Source: Glycera tridactyla | Lineage: Eukaryota | Length of the DNA stretch: 64,000 bases | Direction: 5' to 3' | NCBI GenBank assembly: GCA_965644265.1 | Contig: OZ286466.1 | Location: 96,782,001 to 96,846,000 of the forward strand | In this document: positions 11,397 through 23,263 of the stretch, in pieces | Layout: every line of letters starts with the position of its first letter | Numbering within the stretch: position 1 is the first letter of the stretch | Translations under genes and position numbers: made by a program | The notes under the pieces: model-generated | The model's database searches: none | Told to the model about the DNA's origin: nothing | The model's input: the letters and a program-made list of their open reading frames with translations, nothing else

Positions 11397-12799
11397 ACAA
11401 AACTAGATGCACTCAGGTGTTCAGGATGTAATTAATCATTGTTGGTGTTTCCTACTAGAGAAATTGCGTTTCAAAACTGAGTGAGGATGACAAGATCTCT
11501 GCATTGCTGATGCTGGCGTGTGCGTTGGAACTTCAGTTGGATTCTATGGGCGTGATGATGGGGGTTTGTTTGTTTGTGTTTAACGTCCTTTCAACCTCCT
11601 ATGGTCATATCGGACTGAAAATGCTGAATAAAAAAGGCACCGCTGCCAAGGGCCATCCCTACTCTTCCCTACAGCAGTGGTTCTTTTACGTGCAGCCTTT
11701 GTTGGCATGCACTGGATTCAAACAGATGACATTCAAATGGCTCGGCACAAACGCCACCATAAACTACCGATTTGATGAGGGATATCCGAAGATTTAACCC
11801 ATGATGTTTGTTTGTTTGTTTGTTTGGGGTTGAACGTCCTTTCAACCACCTTTGGTTATATCAGACTAAAAACCTGAAAATGCTGAAGAAAAGAGGCACT
11901 GCCGCCGGGGGCCGTCCCTACTCTTTGCGAATGAAACATACAATTTACATCACCTTGCTTATAAAGAAAAAAATTCATCCACCATATATCCACATATCCT
12001 GATCTGACATGTGTTGTTCATCAGAGGTCATGATACGAGAATTAAAGAGCTGGTTTGCAAAAGTGTAATCCTACACTGAAGGGGGTCTTACATTTTCACA
12101 TATTTGGCAGCTTCTTTGAAACAGATAGAATCCGAAGCGGGAAGTGTGAGCTGCAAAATTAACTTCATCATGAAGAACTTGGTTGCTTGGTTTTGGTTTA
12201 AAGTCACGTCAGACTCCTTCTGTGTCCCAAACGGAAGGTGAAAATGTATGAAATTCAGACACTCAGCCATTTCCAACTACTGATTTCCAGCACATAACAG
12301 GACACAGCTGACTTACGTGATCTCCCAATATTGGAGTCTTCACCATCTGTGGTTTGTTTGTTTGTTTGTTTTAGTTTAATGTCACTTAAACCCGCTTGGG
12401 TTATATCGGACTGAAAAAACTGAAAATGCTGAAGAAAAGAGTCACTGCCTGCCGGGGGGCGTACCTAGTCTTTGCGAAAGACAGCAGTGGATCTTTAATG
12501 TGCGTAAAGGAAAAGGCTCCTAAATACATGGCCGGCCTTTGATATCCCAGTCGGCATGCACTGGGTTAGCATGCACACAATTCATATTTGTCTAAATATT
12601 CCCAATTCATGCAAATAACCAAATATGTCTGTTGGATCGACTTCCATGAAGAGTTGTGTCATATTTTCTACAGTGTAATACTTTACTCTAGTTTGCGATA
12701 GTTTTCTACAGTCGAGCAATAAATGTTTGACGGTGAGATGGCATCCGCATGCAAAGCAATTAGGATTGCCTTGTTTTTTCAGAAGGTGTGAGTGGGTGA

Positions 12800-12859
12800 T
12801 TGTTTGTTTGTTTGTTTTGTTGGTGGTTTAACGTCACGTCAGCACCATCTGGGCTATAC
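12800..12859 (-). mobile_element. Minimal 60-bp family-C tail insertion
   Basis: TSD tgtgagtgggtga (12787-12799, 12860-12872). Confidence 0.9.
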
Positions 12860-13750
12860 TGTGAGTGGGTGAGATATGTATGTCCTATCCTCAGACGGGA
12901 AAGTACTATCTCCTCTCTTCTATTCATAGTTCTCACAGGGAATCCGTCCTCAAGTTTTGGTCTGATGTGATATAATTTATTTCGCTTTTTGGTTCCCCAT
13001 TCATTCTGCCAGAGTTGGTCAATATAGAGCTTTATTCTTGGTTTGAAGTCAGAATAATGGATTTCCATCTCAGTGACTGGCAAACCTAGAGCCCTTTTGG
13101 CCGCTTTATCCGCTGCTTCATTTCCAGGAATTCCAATATGGCTCGGAATCCAGCAAAGTCTAACAGTCTTTTGATGATCTTTGATTATTTGATACTCTTG
13201 CAAGATTTGCAAGAGTATACAGTTCCTGAGATTTCCTTGCAAGGCCTGCAGAGATGACAGGGAGTCTGTGAAAATCATGAACTTTTGTTTTTCCGACCTT
13301 GATAAGTATTTGAAAGCCATTAGTAAGGCCCTTAGTTCAGCTGAGAACACTGTTGACCAATCAGGTAATCTACAGTAATAAGGTTGTGATTCTGTATAAA
13401 CAGCTGCAGATGCTTTGCTGTCACATTTGGATCCATCTGTGAAGATGGCCTCATGATCACTATAACGTGACCTAATCTCTAGGTATCTACTTTTGTATAG
13501 CGATGGGTTGGTGCTCTCCTTTGTGGACTGAGTCAAGTCCAGATGTATTTGTGGAATGTCACAGTCCCAGTCCGCAATCTGAGCAGGATCCATCTGTGAT
13601 ATTGGGAGTGTGTCAAAGTCACAACTTCCAAAGTGATTTTCGAATCTTATTCCAAGAGGAGCAATGACGTTGAGATTTTCTTGGAATTCCTGTTTATATT
13701 TAGGCCTGAAGACACTCTCATGTGTTGGATTCGTTGGGTTTGCTTTCAAT
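12860..13750 (-). pseudogene. LINE ORF2 RNase H region of the outer copy
   Basis: AIFTDGSK...VFSAELRALLMA...IFTDSLSSLQAL...CWIPSHIGIPGNEAADKAAK...SRLRIGHTYLTHS. Confidence 0.93.
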
Positions 13751-13756
13751 TTCAGA

Positions 13757-14235
13757 CAGTTTGTTTGTTTGTTTAAGTTTAACGTCACTTAAACCCACTT
13801 GGGTTATATCGGACTGAAAAAAAAAAAAACTGAAAATGCTGAAGAAAAGAGTCACTGCCTGCCGGGGGCCGTCCCTACTCTTTGCGAAAGACAGCAGTGG
13901 ATCTTTAACGTGCGTCAAGGAAAAGACTCCTATCAGCACGGCCGGCCTTTGATATCCCAGTCGGCATGCACTGGGTTAGCATGCACACGATTCATATTTG
14001 TCTAAATATTCCCAATTCATGCAAATAATCAAATATGTCTGTTGGGTCGATTTTCATGAAAATTTGCGTCATATTTTCAACATTGTAATATTTCACTCTA
14101 GTTTGCGATAGTTTTCTACAGTCGAGCAATAAATGTTTAACTGTGAGATGGCATCCGCATGCAAAGCAATTAGGATTGCCTTGTTTTTTCAGAAGGTGTG
14201 AATGGGTGAGATATGTATGTCCTATCCTCAGTACT
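13757..14235 (-). mobile_element. Nested 5'-truncated family-A LINE copy
   Basis: ORF2 tip, UTR and tail interrupt the outer frame RRI*LxPQY|CLKLKANP; short agt/cagt duplication. Confidence 0.8.
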
Positions 14236-14492
14236 GGGGACCTAACTATATCCTTCGTAGATGAAGTGAAGGTTCATTGGCTTCCACATGGAGACTTTCA
14301 GTAGGTGATGTCCGAAAAGCTCGGAGGCATATGCGTAAAGCTTGGTTATGGACTGTATCAAGCATTTTGAGGTTGCTTGGGTATGCTGAGCCATAAATCA
14401 TGCACCCATAATCTAATTTAGATCGAATAAGAGATCTGTAAACCATGAGCAGGGTCTCCCGGTCAGCTCCCCAGTCCAGGTGGGATAGCATG

Positions 14493-15430
14493 TTTGTTTG
14501 TTTGTTTGTTTAAGTTTAACGTCACTTAAACCCACTTGGGTTATATCGGACTGAAAAACTGAAAATGCTGAAGAAAAGAGTCACTGCCTGCCGGGGGCCG
14601 TCCCTACTCTTTGCGAAAGACAGCAGTGGATCTTTAACGTGCGTCAAGGAAAAGACTCCTATCAACACGGCCGGCCTTTGATATCCCAGTCGGCATGCAC
14701 TGGGTTAGCATGCACACGATTCATATTTGTCTAAATATTCCCAATTCATGCAAATAATCAAATATGTCTGTTGGATCGATTTTCATGAAAAGTTGCGTCA
14801 TATTTTCAACATTGTAATACTTTACTCTAGTTTGCGATAGTTTTCTACAGTCGAGCAATAAATGTTTGACAGTGAGATGGCATCCGCATGCAAAGCAATT
14901 AGGATTGCCTTGTTTTTTCAGAAGGTGTGAATGGGTGAGATATGTATGTCCTATCCTCAGACGGGAAAGTACTATCTCCTCTCTTCTATTCATAGTTCTC
15001 ACAGGGAATCTGTCCTCAAGTTTTGGTCTGATGCGATATAATTTATTTCGCTTTTTGGTTCCCCATTCATTCTGCCAGAGTTGGTCAATATAGAGCTTTA
15101 TTCTTGGTTTGAAGTCAGAATAATGGATTTCCATCTCAGTGACTGGCAAACCTAGAGCCCTTTTGGCCGCTTTATCGGCTGCCTCATTTCCAGGAATTCC
15201 GATATGGCTCGGAATCCAGCAAAGTCTAACAGTCTTTTGATGATCTTTGATTTTTTGATACTCTTGCAAGATTTGCAAGAGTATACAGTTCCTGAGATTT
15301 CCCTGCAAGGCCTGCAGAGATGACAGGGAGTCTGTGAAAATTATGAACTTTTGTTTTTCCGACCTTGATAAGTATTTGAAAGCCATTAGTAAGGCCCTCA
15401 GTTCAGCTGAGAACACTGTCGACCAATCAG
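14493..15430 (-). mobile_element. Nested 5'-truncated family-A LINE copy (RNase H ORF 14721-15416)
   Basis: Interrupts outer LDMLKV|LSHLDWGADRE; ends in the 3' UTR and (AAAC)n. Confidence 0.85.
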
Positions 15431-16747
15431 GTAATCTGCAATAATAAGTGCACCTTCAGCATGTCAAGTGCCCGCAGGCATTTGACTTTGAGTTGCTGAA
15501 TATGGGGTTTGAAAGTCAATCGTTGGTCAAAGACCAGGCCTAGAAACTTTGTTTGTTCCACTACTGGTATTGCTGATCCACCCAGAAAGAGCTCAGGTTC
15601 ATCATGATGCCTTGTTGATCTACAGAAATGCATGGAAACTGTTTTGGTTTTAGAAAATTTAAAGCCATTCTTGTCCGCCCAGTCTTGAAGTTTGTATAGG
15701 GTTTGCTGTAGTTTCCTCTCCACTACCCAAACTTGTCTAGCTCCATAGCAGATAAGAAAGTCATCTACATATAAGGAGCAATTGGTGTCCTGGGAGAGGC
15801 ATTCAACAATACTATTCATTTTAATGCTGAAAAGGGTCACTGATAAAATGCTTCCTTGTGGGACCCCCATTTCCTGGTCGAAATTATCTGAGAAGGTAGA
15901 TCCAACTCGGACACGGAAAAGACCGATCCCTCAAAAACTCCTCTATGAAAATGGGCATTCTGCCTCTAAGGTTCATTTGGAGTAGATCTTTCATAATTCC
16001 ATATTTCCAGGTGGTGTCATAGGCCTTCTCCATGTCAAAGAAAACTGCAAGTAAGTGCTGCTTCTGAACAAAGGCCTCACGAATAAATGTCTCAAACCTT
16101 ATCAGGTTGTCAAGTGTATTTCTGCCCTTCCAGAAACCATTCTAATATGGTGTTAGCAAGTCACTCGACTCCAAGTACCAAACCAACCTCTTATTTATCA
16201 TTCTTTCCATGGTCTTACAGACACAGCTTGTGAGTGCTATTGGTCTGTAATTTACAGGATCAAATGGATCCTTACCTGGCTTTGCTATGGGGATGACGAT
16301 GGCTTCTGCCCATGAAATTGGGAAGCATCCAGTCTCCCAAATTTGGCTAAAGATATCAAGCATCAGTTGCAAAGAGCAGGCTGGCAGATGTCTCAGCATT
16401 TGATAATGGACGTCATCTTGCCCTGGGGAGGTATTATGGGATGCATTCAATGCAGTTTCTAGTTCAGTCATCGAAAAGAGCTGATTATATTCTTCTGTAT
16501 TATCTGATGTTAAATCAAGTTGTTTTCCTTCAGCCTTTTCTTTATAATTTTGAAATTCCTCTGTGTGATTTTCAGAAGATGAATTTTTTGCAAACTGTGA
16601 TGCCAGTGATTCCGAAATATCCTGAGGTTGTGTGATCAGATGATCATCTTTTTTTAGATGGTGGATTCGTGGGCCTCTACCCTTTCCACGGATTCGTTGA
16701 ATCATATTCCGAGCCTTATTGATGGGTGTGTTTGAATTGAGTCCCAA
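15427..16747 (-). pseudogene. LINE ORF2 reverse transcriptase (stop and frameshift lesions)
   Basis: NYRPIALTSCVCKTMERMIN, FFDMEKAYD, GVPQGSILS, LYVDD, KFLGLVFD. Confidence 0.95.
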
Positions 16748-17054
16748 TACAAACTCCCTCTAACAGTGGCGCTTACTGCTGCGACATGTCCTACGTGACC
16801 CTGCCTTCAGTACTTTGTACTCAGTCAATAAGTCCACAGCAGGTCTTCTGGAGAAGTCTTTCAGTGCTTGTTTTCTTTCATCAATAGCTTCTCTGCAATC
16901 ATCGTTGAACCATGGTTTGGAAGCCTGTCCTTTATAAGGAGAGGTCTTGGGGATAGCTTGTAACGCTACACCATGCATTATCTCTGTGAAGTTTTGAATA
17001 GGATCATCTGCACTCAGAATGTCCACACTGGATAATTTTTCCTTACAGAGACTG

Positions 17055-17771
17055 TCATATAGTCCAGTTTGCTTTTGTGAGATTCCATGTTGGTAGCCTG
17101 TCTGCAATCCTGTTGTCATTACTCAGTATGATAGGGAAATGGTCACTGCCATGTGGATCAGTTTCTGTCTGCCAGGTAAAGTCTAGCAGAAGAGATGGAT
17201 GGCAAATGGAGAGGTCAATAGATGTGAAAGATCCACTCCCTGGGTGAAAATAGGTGGGGGCGCCATCATTCCAAATACTTAGGTTTTTATGGTTGATAAA
17301 TTCTTCAACCACATCACCCCTAGCGTCAGAATTTTTTCCTCCCCATATAGCGTTATGTGCATTGAAGTCCCCAAACATTATGGCTGGGGCTGGTAGTTGA
17401 TCGTAAATTCTATTAAGTTTTCTCACAATAATAGTTTCGCTAGGGGGAAGATAGATTGAACAAATTGAGATTATCCTATCCAATGTGATTCGGGTAGCCA
17501 CTGCCTTCAAAGTTGTAGTCAGTGGGATCTGCGACTGCGGGATGTTCTGCCTGACAAGCAGAGCCACATCTCCATGCGTTCCGTTCGCATGATCGATTGT
17601 GGCTTTTATATTATAGGTAATATATCCACGGAGTTCGATATCTTTTTGCATTAAGGTTTCCTGGAGACATATCACTGCTGGGCAATATTTAGCTACTAAT
17701 AAATCTAATTCATGCTTATTTGCTCTAAATCCACGACAATTCCACTGTAGTAGGACTGTCATGGCTGTCAC
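17055..17771 (-). pseudogene. LINE ORF2 apurinic-type endonuclease
   Basis: LQWNCRGF, ICLQET, SIYLPP, GDFNAHN, SIDLSIC, SDHFPI. Confidence 0.95.
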
Positions 17772-18013
17772 TTGGTTTTAAAACGGCCCTTTTTGTTACC
17801 TCCCCCCTTAATGGGGTGGTGGACCTGATGATCAGCTGATCCCCCCTTGGGAAGACCCCCTGATCCTTTAGTCAGGCGGTCTCGAAGATAAGGAGGGCTC
17901 CGGTTTAGATGGATGCTCTGCCTCACCTGTACCTCAGAGGCAGGTTTTGAGGACGCAGCCGTGTTGTCTGGTTTTGTCTTTGGCTTCTTCTGTGGAGGCG
18001 GTGAGCGTCTCAT
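17768..18013 (-). pseudogene. C-terminal tip of LINE ORF1
   Basis: Basic low-complexity frame ending with an overlap of the ORF2 ATG. Confidence 0.6.
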
Positions 18014-19039
18014 GGGATTGAATTTTCCCAGGCTTGTCTGTGGTTTTGCTGTCGAAAATGTCTAATCAAATTACACATATCATGTGATGTGGATTCCCAT
18101 AGACACCGAACAAGCACCACATGTACTCTATGACAGGAGAATAGACCTATTAGGGGCGGGGACTCACCACAAAATGTGGAATACAATTCGCAACGACTTC
18201 AGACCATATACACAATGTAAACAGTGTCAACTTGACAAACGAGGAATTACGACCGCGTCATCAATGGAAGAAGGTTGTATTGATAGCGACAATGGAGTCT
18301 CTCCTCGCCAATGTGCGTTTCGTGTTAATGCACATAATATTGTCAGGTTACTATACCAATGTTATAATGACTGGGAGATGTGAAAGTCATACTCAGGTAC
18401 TCGAAATGCAGCCCTCAGGTCGATGTTATTGGCTGCGTGACAAGCTTATCGACTCTGGGAATCATCATTAAATATTGGGTTTAGCTGTGTCATTAGAGTG
18501 TGTCAAAGTATGCATAACAGAAAGAGAGTAATTCACCGATGGGTTGCTCAGTTTCAGAAGTTTCAAGCTCATTGCTTGCTTGACACTGAAAACTGTATGT
18601 AGTGATTTGCCTGAACTTGCACAGGTAGGATTATGCAGCAGACACCCAGCCATTCATATGTTTAGATACAATTTCATAGTGCCACTGAAAGGGGTACACA
18701 CATTTCAGGAGACTTGTCTATCAAGCAGAAATGCATCATTCACATTATCAATTAGGGAGTCAAAATACATGTGTTAAAGGTAAATGAAAACTCATGCTGA
18801 CACTTCATATCATATGTCAACATGCGATGATGCAGGTTATGAACAACTACTGTGGATTAGTGGTTTGTTTGTTTGTTTGTTTAAGTTTAACGTCACTTAA
18901 ACCCACTTGTTGATCTCGGAGCCACAAGGAGAGTAGTGAGCCACTTGCTCACACATAGATTGGCTCTTCAATTCAATTGGACTGGCAAGCCTGGCAGCTA
19001 GTGAAGGATAAGTTACAGGATATGATGACGATAAGCCTA

Positions 19040-19315
19040 GCTGAATCCGGTGGTTATTCTGAAAGGGAGTCCGTCTGCCGAAGGATATACCGGCTGGGGT
19101 GATCGTGAAAATGACAGCTAATGTATGGAGTGATGAGGATTGTTTGTTTGATTGGGTCTGACGTTCTTCCAACCACCTTCGGTTATATCGGACTGGAGTA
19201 ATGAGCAGAACGTGCAACATTGGCTGCGGAATGTGTGGCGTCACCAGGGGAACACCCGCCGAATGTTGGTTTCGGACTCGTTCCAGGATCACCTGACTCC
19301 AGAAGTGGACAGAAA
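19040..19315 (+). pseudogene. pogo-type DDE transposase fragment (paralogue ~24330-24590), split by a ~55-bp tail insertion
   Basis: After removing the insert: PKDIPAGVIVKMTANVWSNEQNVQHWLRNVWRHQGNTRRMLVSDSFQDHLTPEV; near-TSD tggagt(g/a)atgag. Confidence 0.72.
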
Positions 19316-19439
19316 AACTGAAAATGCTGAAGAAAAAAGGCACCACCGCTGGGGGCCGTCCCTACTCTTATGGTGATCGGGCATTCCTCTGCTAGGCAAT
19401 TGTTGGAATATTGTCTCATCAAAACCAGCTAACTCGGGA

Positions 19440-20230
19440 TGATGGAAGAAGTTGACTACGGAATCGTAACGCAGGAGCGAGTCAACGCATATGCATTAGA
19501 TGTCCAGCATGTTGCTTTGGACATTGGCTTCTTCATCATTTAGAAAGCTGACAACTGGTACAAACAAGAAGAACTGCATAACTTTGTAACCGAATATCAA
19601 CCTGATTACATCATCTTGATGCTAGGCTCAAACGATTTGGCTTACCTGAACGGTCGTACATCAAGAGAAATTCACAGACACTTAAGGTGCCATTTCTGCG
19701 GTTCTGCTTACAAAGACCGTGAATTTATCATTTCTGGTTTTAAAAATGGTCTCAGTGTAGGGTGGGATGGCGTTGACCACCCTGCTTCCGAGTCCAATAC
19801 CGAATCAGTTATTGATAACTTACAAGTTGCTAAGGATTTGAGAAAGACGTGATAGCTGGGAAAATTTCCGGAACTTTCAAAAACGTCTCTATCCTGAATT
19901 TCTCAATCTCGCCACTTTCTTTGAGACCGAAAAGCAGTCCTGGGAAATTGAGACTGATCCATGATTTATCATACCCATACGATCGAACTTCTATAAACAA
20001 TAGTATTCCCAAGGAACATTCTCGAGTCTCCTACCATTCAGTACAATATGTAGTGAAATTGATATAAAACAACTCGGCAATGGATGCTTTATGCCCAAGT
20101 CAGACATGAAGTCTGCTTTTAGCCTTCTACCATATCTCCATCAGAATATAGATTGTTCGGATTCAGATTAGACAATAGCTACCATTATGACAAGTGCCTC
20201 AAAATGCGTTGCTCAAGTTTGCAAAAGACG
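19440..20230 (+). mobile_element. Ngaro/DIRS relic: SGNH hydrolase piece joined to the RT N-terminus
   Basis: PDYIILMLGSNDL (GxND block); REFIISGFKNG, ISPLSLRPKSSPGKLRLIHDLSYP, KSDMKSAF. Confidence 0.8.
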
Positions 20231-20614
20231 GCAGTGGTTCTTTCACGTACATACAGAAGACTCCTACACACACAACAGGACTTGGATATCCCAGTCAGCA
20301 ACCAGCTGTTCTTTCTCCCCTTAGTTCTTACAACTGAAGAAACAACAGCCTCCCTTGAGGAGCATCATGCTCCAATGCCAGTGAAGCCTGACGGATTCGG
20401 TGAGAGGACATGGCACAAGATAACCAACAGCAAAAACAAAGGTATTTGAGAATGACTGTCTGTCGTTGGTCAGATGGTCAGTTGGAGGGTTACAATTATG
20501 ACTGACCAAATCATCTCTGGGTATGAGCCAGATCAATGTTTTAACAATGCTAGCGACCAATCTTTCCCTGAGATAATATTGCCATCTTCCGTAAACGACA
20601 TGATGGATTTCTTC

Positions 20615-21053
20615 ATTGTTGTTTGTTTGAGTTTAACGTCCTTTCAACCACCGTTGGTTATATCAGACTGAAAAACTGGAAATGTTGAAGAAAAGAGGCA
20701 CTGCTGCCAGGGGTCGTCCCTACTCTTTGCGAAGGATGGCAGTGGTTCTTCAACATGCATACAGGAACAGACTCCTATATACACGGTCGGCCTTTGATAT
20801 CCCAGTCAGCATGCACTGGGTATCACGTACATGGATTGGTTCGCACCTGGAGCACCCTCTCGGTTTGTATCAAATTCAACAGAAGGGGGTTACCATGACT
20901 CCAAAGAGATGAATAGTGAGGTAAGCAATCATCCTATCACCATCCCTAACCACCCCCCCCCCCCCCTCTCATTACTTCAGATTCTTGAGATTTGAAAGAT
21001 TCTATTTCCCCTCTCCAAGGTGAGTTCCTAGGAACATATCTTCCCCTTGTCGA
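20615..21053 (-). mobile_element. Family-A2 tail with an unclassified 5' body (paralogue ~39735-40215)
   Basis: gtttaacgtcctttcaaccaccgttggttatatcagactg tail, cccagtcagcatgcactggg domain, shared downstream body. Confidence 0.75.
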
Positions 21054-21205
21054 TTTGGTTGGTTCTGTTTCAAAATCACATCAGCTCCATTTGTGCTATA
21101 TTGTGACGCCCATACAATGGACATGGATGGGATCATTGAACACTCCTCCTGGATCTTCAAAAGGAGGTGAAAATTCATGAAATTCACAGACCCCCCATGT
21201 TGGAG
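21054..21205 (-). mobile_element. Diverged family-C copy
   Basis: TSD ccccttgtcga (21043-21053, 21206-21216). Confidence 0.85.
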
Positions 21206-21561
21206 CCCCTTGTCGAGTGAAGAATCATAAAATACCGTAGCAACAAAACATACAGAAAGCATAGAAAATAGTATACAAGTATCACACTGTAATCGAAGAT
21301 TCTACTTGCATGGCTTAACGACTTTGCTAGTTCAGAAAGGGCGCATACACAAGGTGAATATTGAAGGATGAGATTCTGGAGGCTCATATTAGAGACGAAA
21401 TTCACATACTGTATGACTGTTTCATGCAAAAGGAGGTGAACATGAACTCAATAACAACGATGATGAGTGTATGTGCTTACACCGATGCAGAATGGGATCT
21501 TGTCAGAAAAATCATCTGCAATTTCGAGGCTCAAAATGCATTTGGTGCGAGTATACCCCAT

Positions 21562-21965
21562 TGATTGTAAAGCTGGTTTGAAGTTGACAGTTCGTAATTG
21601 AAGACATTGTTTGAGTATTCTCCGAACCTAATGCTTTTCCTTGTTTCAAGTACTGCGCTTTGCGTAAAAAAAGCATAGCTATCAGGCTTGAGTGTTAGCT
21701 TCCAGTCAGTTACATAGTTAGCCATCATCAGGTTCAAAATGTCTTTTTTTGTAGTTAGAGTTGGTAGGGGTGTGTCTGAACCATCAGCTACTTCCACTTG
21801 ACAACCTTTCGGGGAGTTCCCCATCATCTTGTGTTCAGGGTTTGTGAGAGTGATGTCTTCAGGGGAGAGACCATCTAGCTTTCATTAACCAGGAACACAC
21901 GGCATACATAATCCTGTGGGTTGATACATGCCGTTAAACCTCAAACAAACAAACAAACAAACAAA
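21562..21965 (+). mobile_element. 5'-truncated family-B retroposon in the rare plus orientation
   Basis: Ends catgccgttaaacctc(aaac)n; duplication acccca; empty site ~405. Confidence 0.88.
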
Positions 21966-22037
21966 CCCCAGAGGGTGAGAGCCTCTTCATCCTGAGTCGT
22001 CCTTATCTCTTGATACTTTTTCATCTGACTTGGCTGG

Positions 22038-22506
22038 TTTTTTGTTTGTTTGTTTGTTTGAATTCAACGTCACTTAAACCCGCATGGCTTATATCGGACT
22101 GAAAAACTGAAAATGCTGAAGAAAAGAGTCACTGCCTGCCAGGGGCCTCCCTACTCTTTGCGAAAGACAGCAGTGGATCTTTAGCGTGCGTAAAGGAAAA
22201 GGCTCCTAAATACACGGCCGGCCTTTGATATCCCAGTTGGCATGCACTGGGTTAGCATGCACACGATTCATATTTGTCTAAATATTCCCAATTTATGCAA
22301 ATAACCAAATATGTCTGTTGGATCGACATTCATGAAAAGTTGTGTCATATTTTCTAGTGTAATATTTTACTCTAGTTTGCGATAGTTTTCTACAGTCGAG
22401 CAATAAATGTTTGACAGTGAGATGGCAGCCGCATGCAAAGCAATTAGGATTGCCTTGTTTTTTCAGAAGGTGTGAAGGGGTGAGATATGTATGTCCTATC
22501 CTCATT
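22038..22506 (-). mobile_element. 5'-truncated family-A LINE with a 46-bp TSD
   Basis: 21992-22037 is identical to 22507-22552; ORF2 tip RIGHTYLT...RQI present. Confidence 0.9.
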
Positions 22507-23009
22507 CTGAGTCGTCCTTATCTCTTGATACTTTTTCATCTGACTTGGCTGGATATCAGGTCATGAATATAATGATATACCTTTATAAATTGCATCAGAT
22601 GGGGATGAAATGAAACTAGTTATCTATAACAATTATCTGTCAAATGCTATTATAATGTTTGTCCATTCAGTGAGTCACCTGGCAGAAATCTAGATGAGTG
22701 AAAGTGTATCAAATGTTCCGACCAATCTTCTCTTTTGAGTATATTGATTGGGGGCTTCCAACAAAGACCAAATGCTAAGATTTGGTTTCGGAAGATAAAA
22801 CTGTGATGATAGTGTGTACTATAGTAGAAACCGTTTATTGTCCTAATATTATCTGTAAATTTCATTGATTGTTTGTCTGGTAAAACAATTAATTGGTCTG
22901 TTGAATCAGCCCGTTGATTCACGGACATGAATAAAATCTGCATATTGGTCGAGGACTCATGCTGTTCCATTCGTCGATAAATCACTGTGCACGTTCTTCC
23001 TTGTCACTG

Positions 23010-23263
23010 ATGCAGAAGAAAGACCGAACAGAAAATTACACATCGACAGAGCTGGAGATCTTGCTCCAGCAGATCGAGAAGTATGCGGACGTCATCAATG
23101 GAAGGGCAATGAATGCTACCTGGAAGGAAGGGGAAGGAGCAGTCATGCAAACAATGTGTGGCACACAATTGCGGGTGCAATGGAGGGCCTTGGTCCCGTA
23201 AAAAGAACAGCTGAGGCGCTTAAGAGGAAGAAGCAGAAGTGGTTCAGCTGTGTGAAAAACAAG
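23010..23263 (+). pseudogene. Myb/SANT-like (trihelix) DNA-binding exon, Harbinger accessory-gene type
   Basis: RTENYTSTELEILLQQIEKYADVING...VWHTIAGAMEGLGPVKRTAEALKRKKQKW (one frameshift), followed by donor GTGAG at 23264. Confidence 0.7.

Larger units (their letters stand above)
1345..12355 (+). repeat. Tandem triplication of a ~3-4 kb unit (copies ~1345-5384, 5385-8444, 8445-12355; a fourth start resumes at 18037)
   Basis: Anchors recur in the same order: gcgacgtgcacttgggaggg at ~1467/5552/8610, ctggagaaaaggggccatccc at ~2102/6188/9684, gaatggagttggtccgactac at ~3385/6926/10714. Confidence 0.92.
12356..18036 (-). mobile_element. 5'-truncated I-clade (RNase H-containing, Nimb/I-like) LINE with two nested self-copies and a nested C tail
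   Basis: TSD tctgtggttt (12346-12355, 18037-18046), empty site ~4885; order ORF1 tip, endonuclease, RT, RNase H, CCHC-like motif, 3' UTR, (AAAC)n. Confidence 0.92.

Noticed and set aside
1345-12355. Triplication as an assembly artefact
   Set aside because: The copies differ by many substitutions, deletions and copy-specific insertions with TSDs.
20830-20900. tRNA-derived head (A box TGGAGTCATGG, B box GGTGCGAACC on minus) for the A2 element
   Set aside because: The B-box-like word is not conserved in the paralogue at ~40010 and no cloverleaf is evident.
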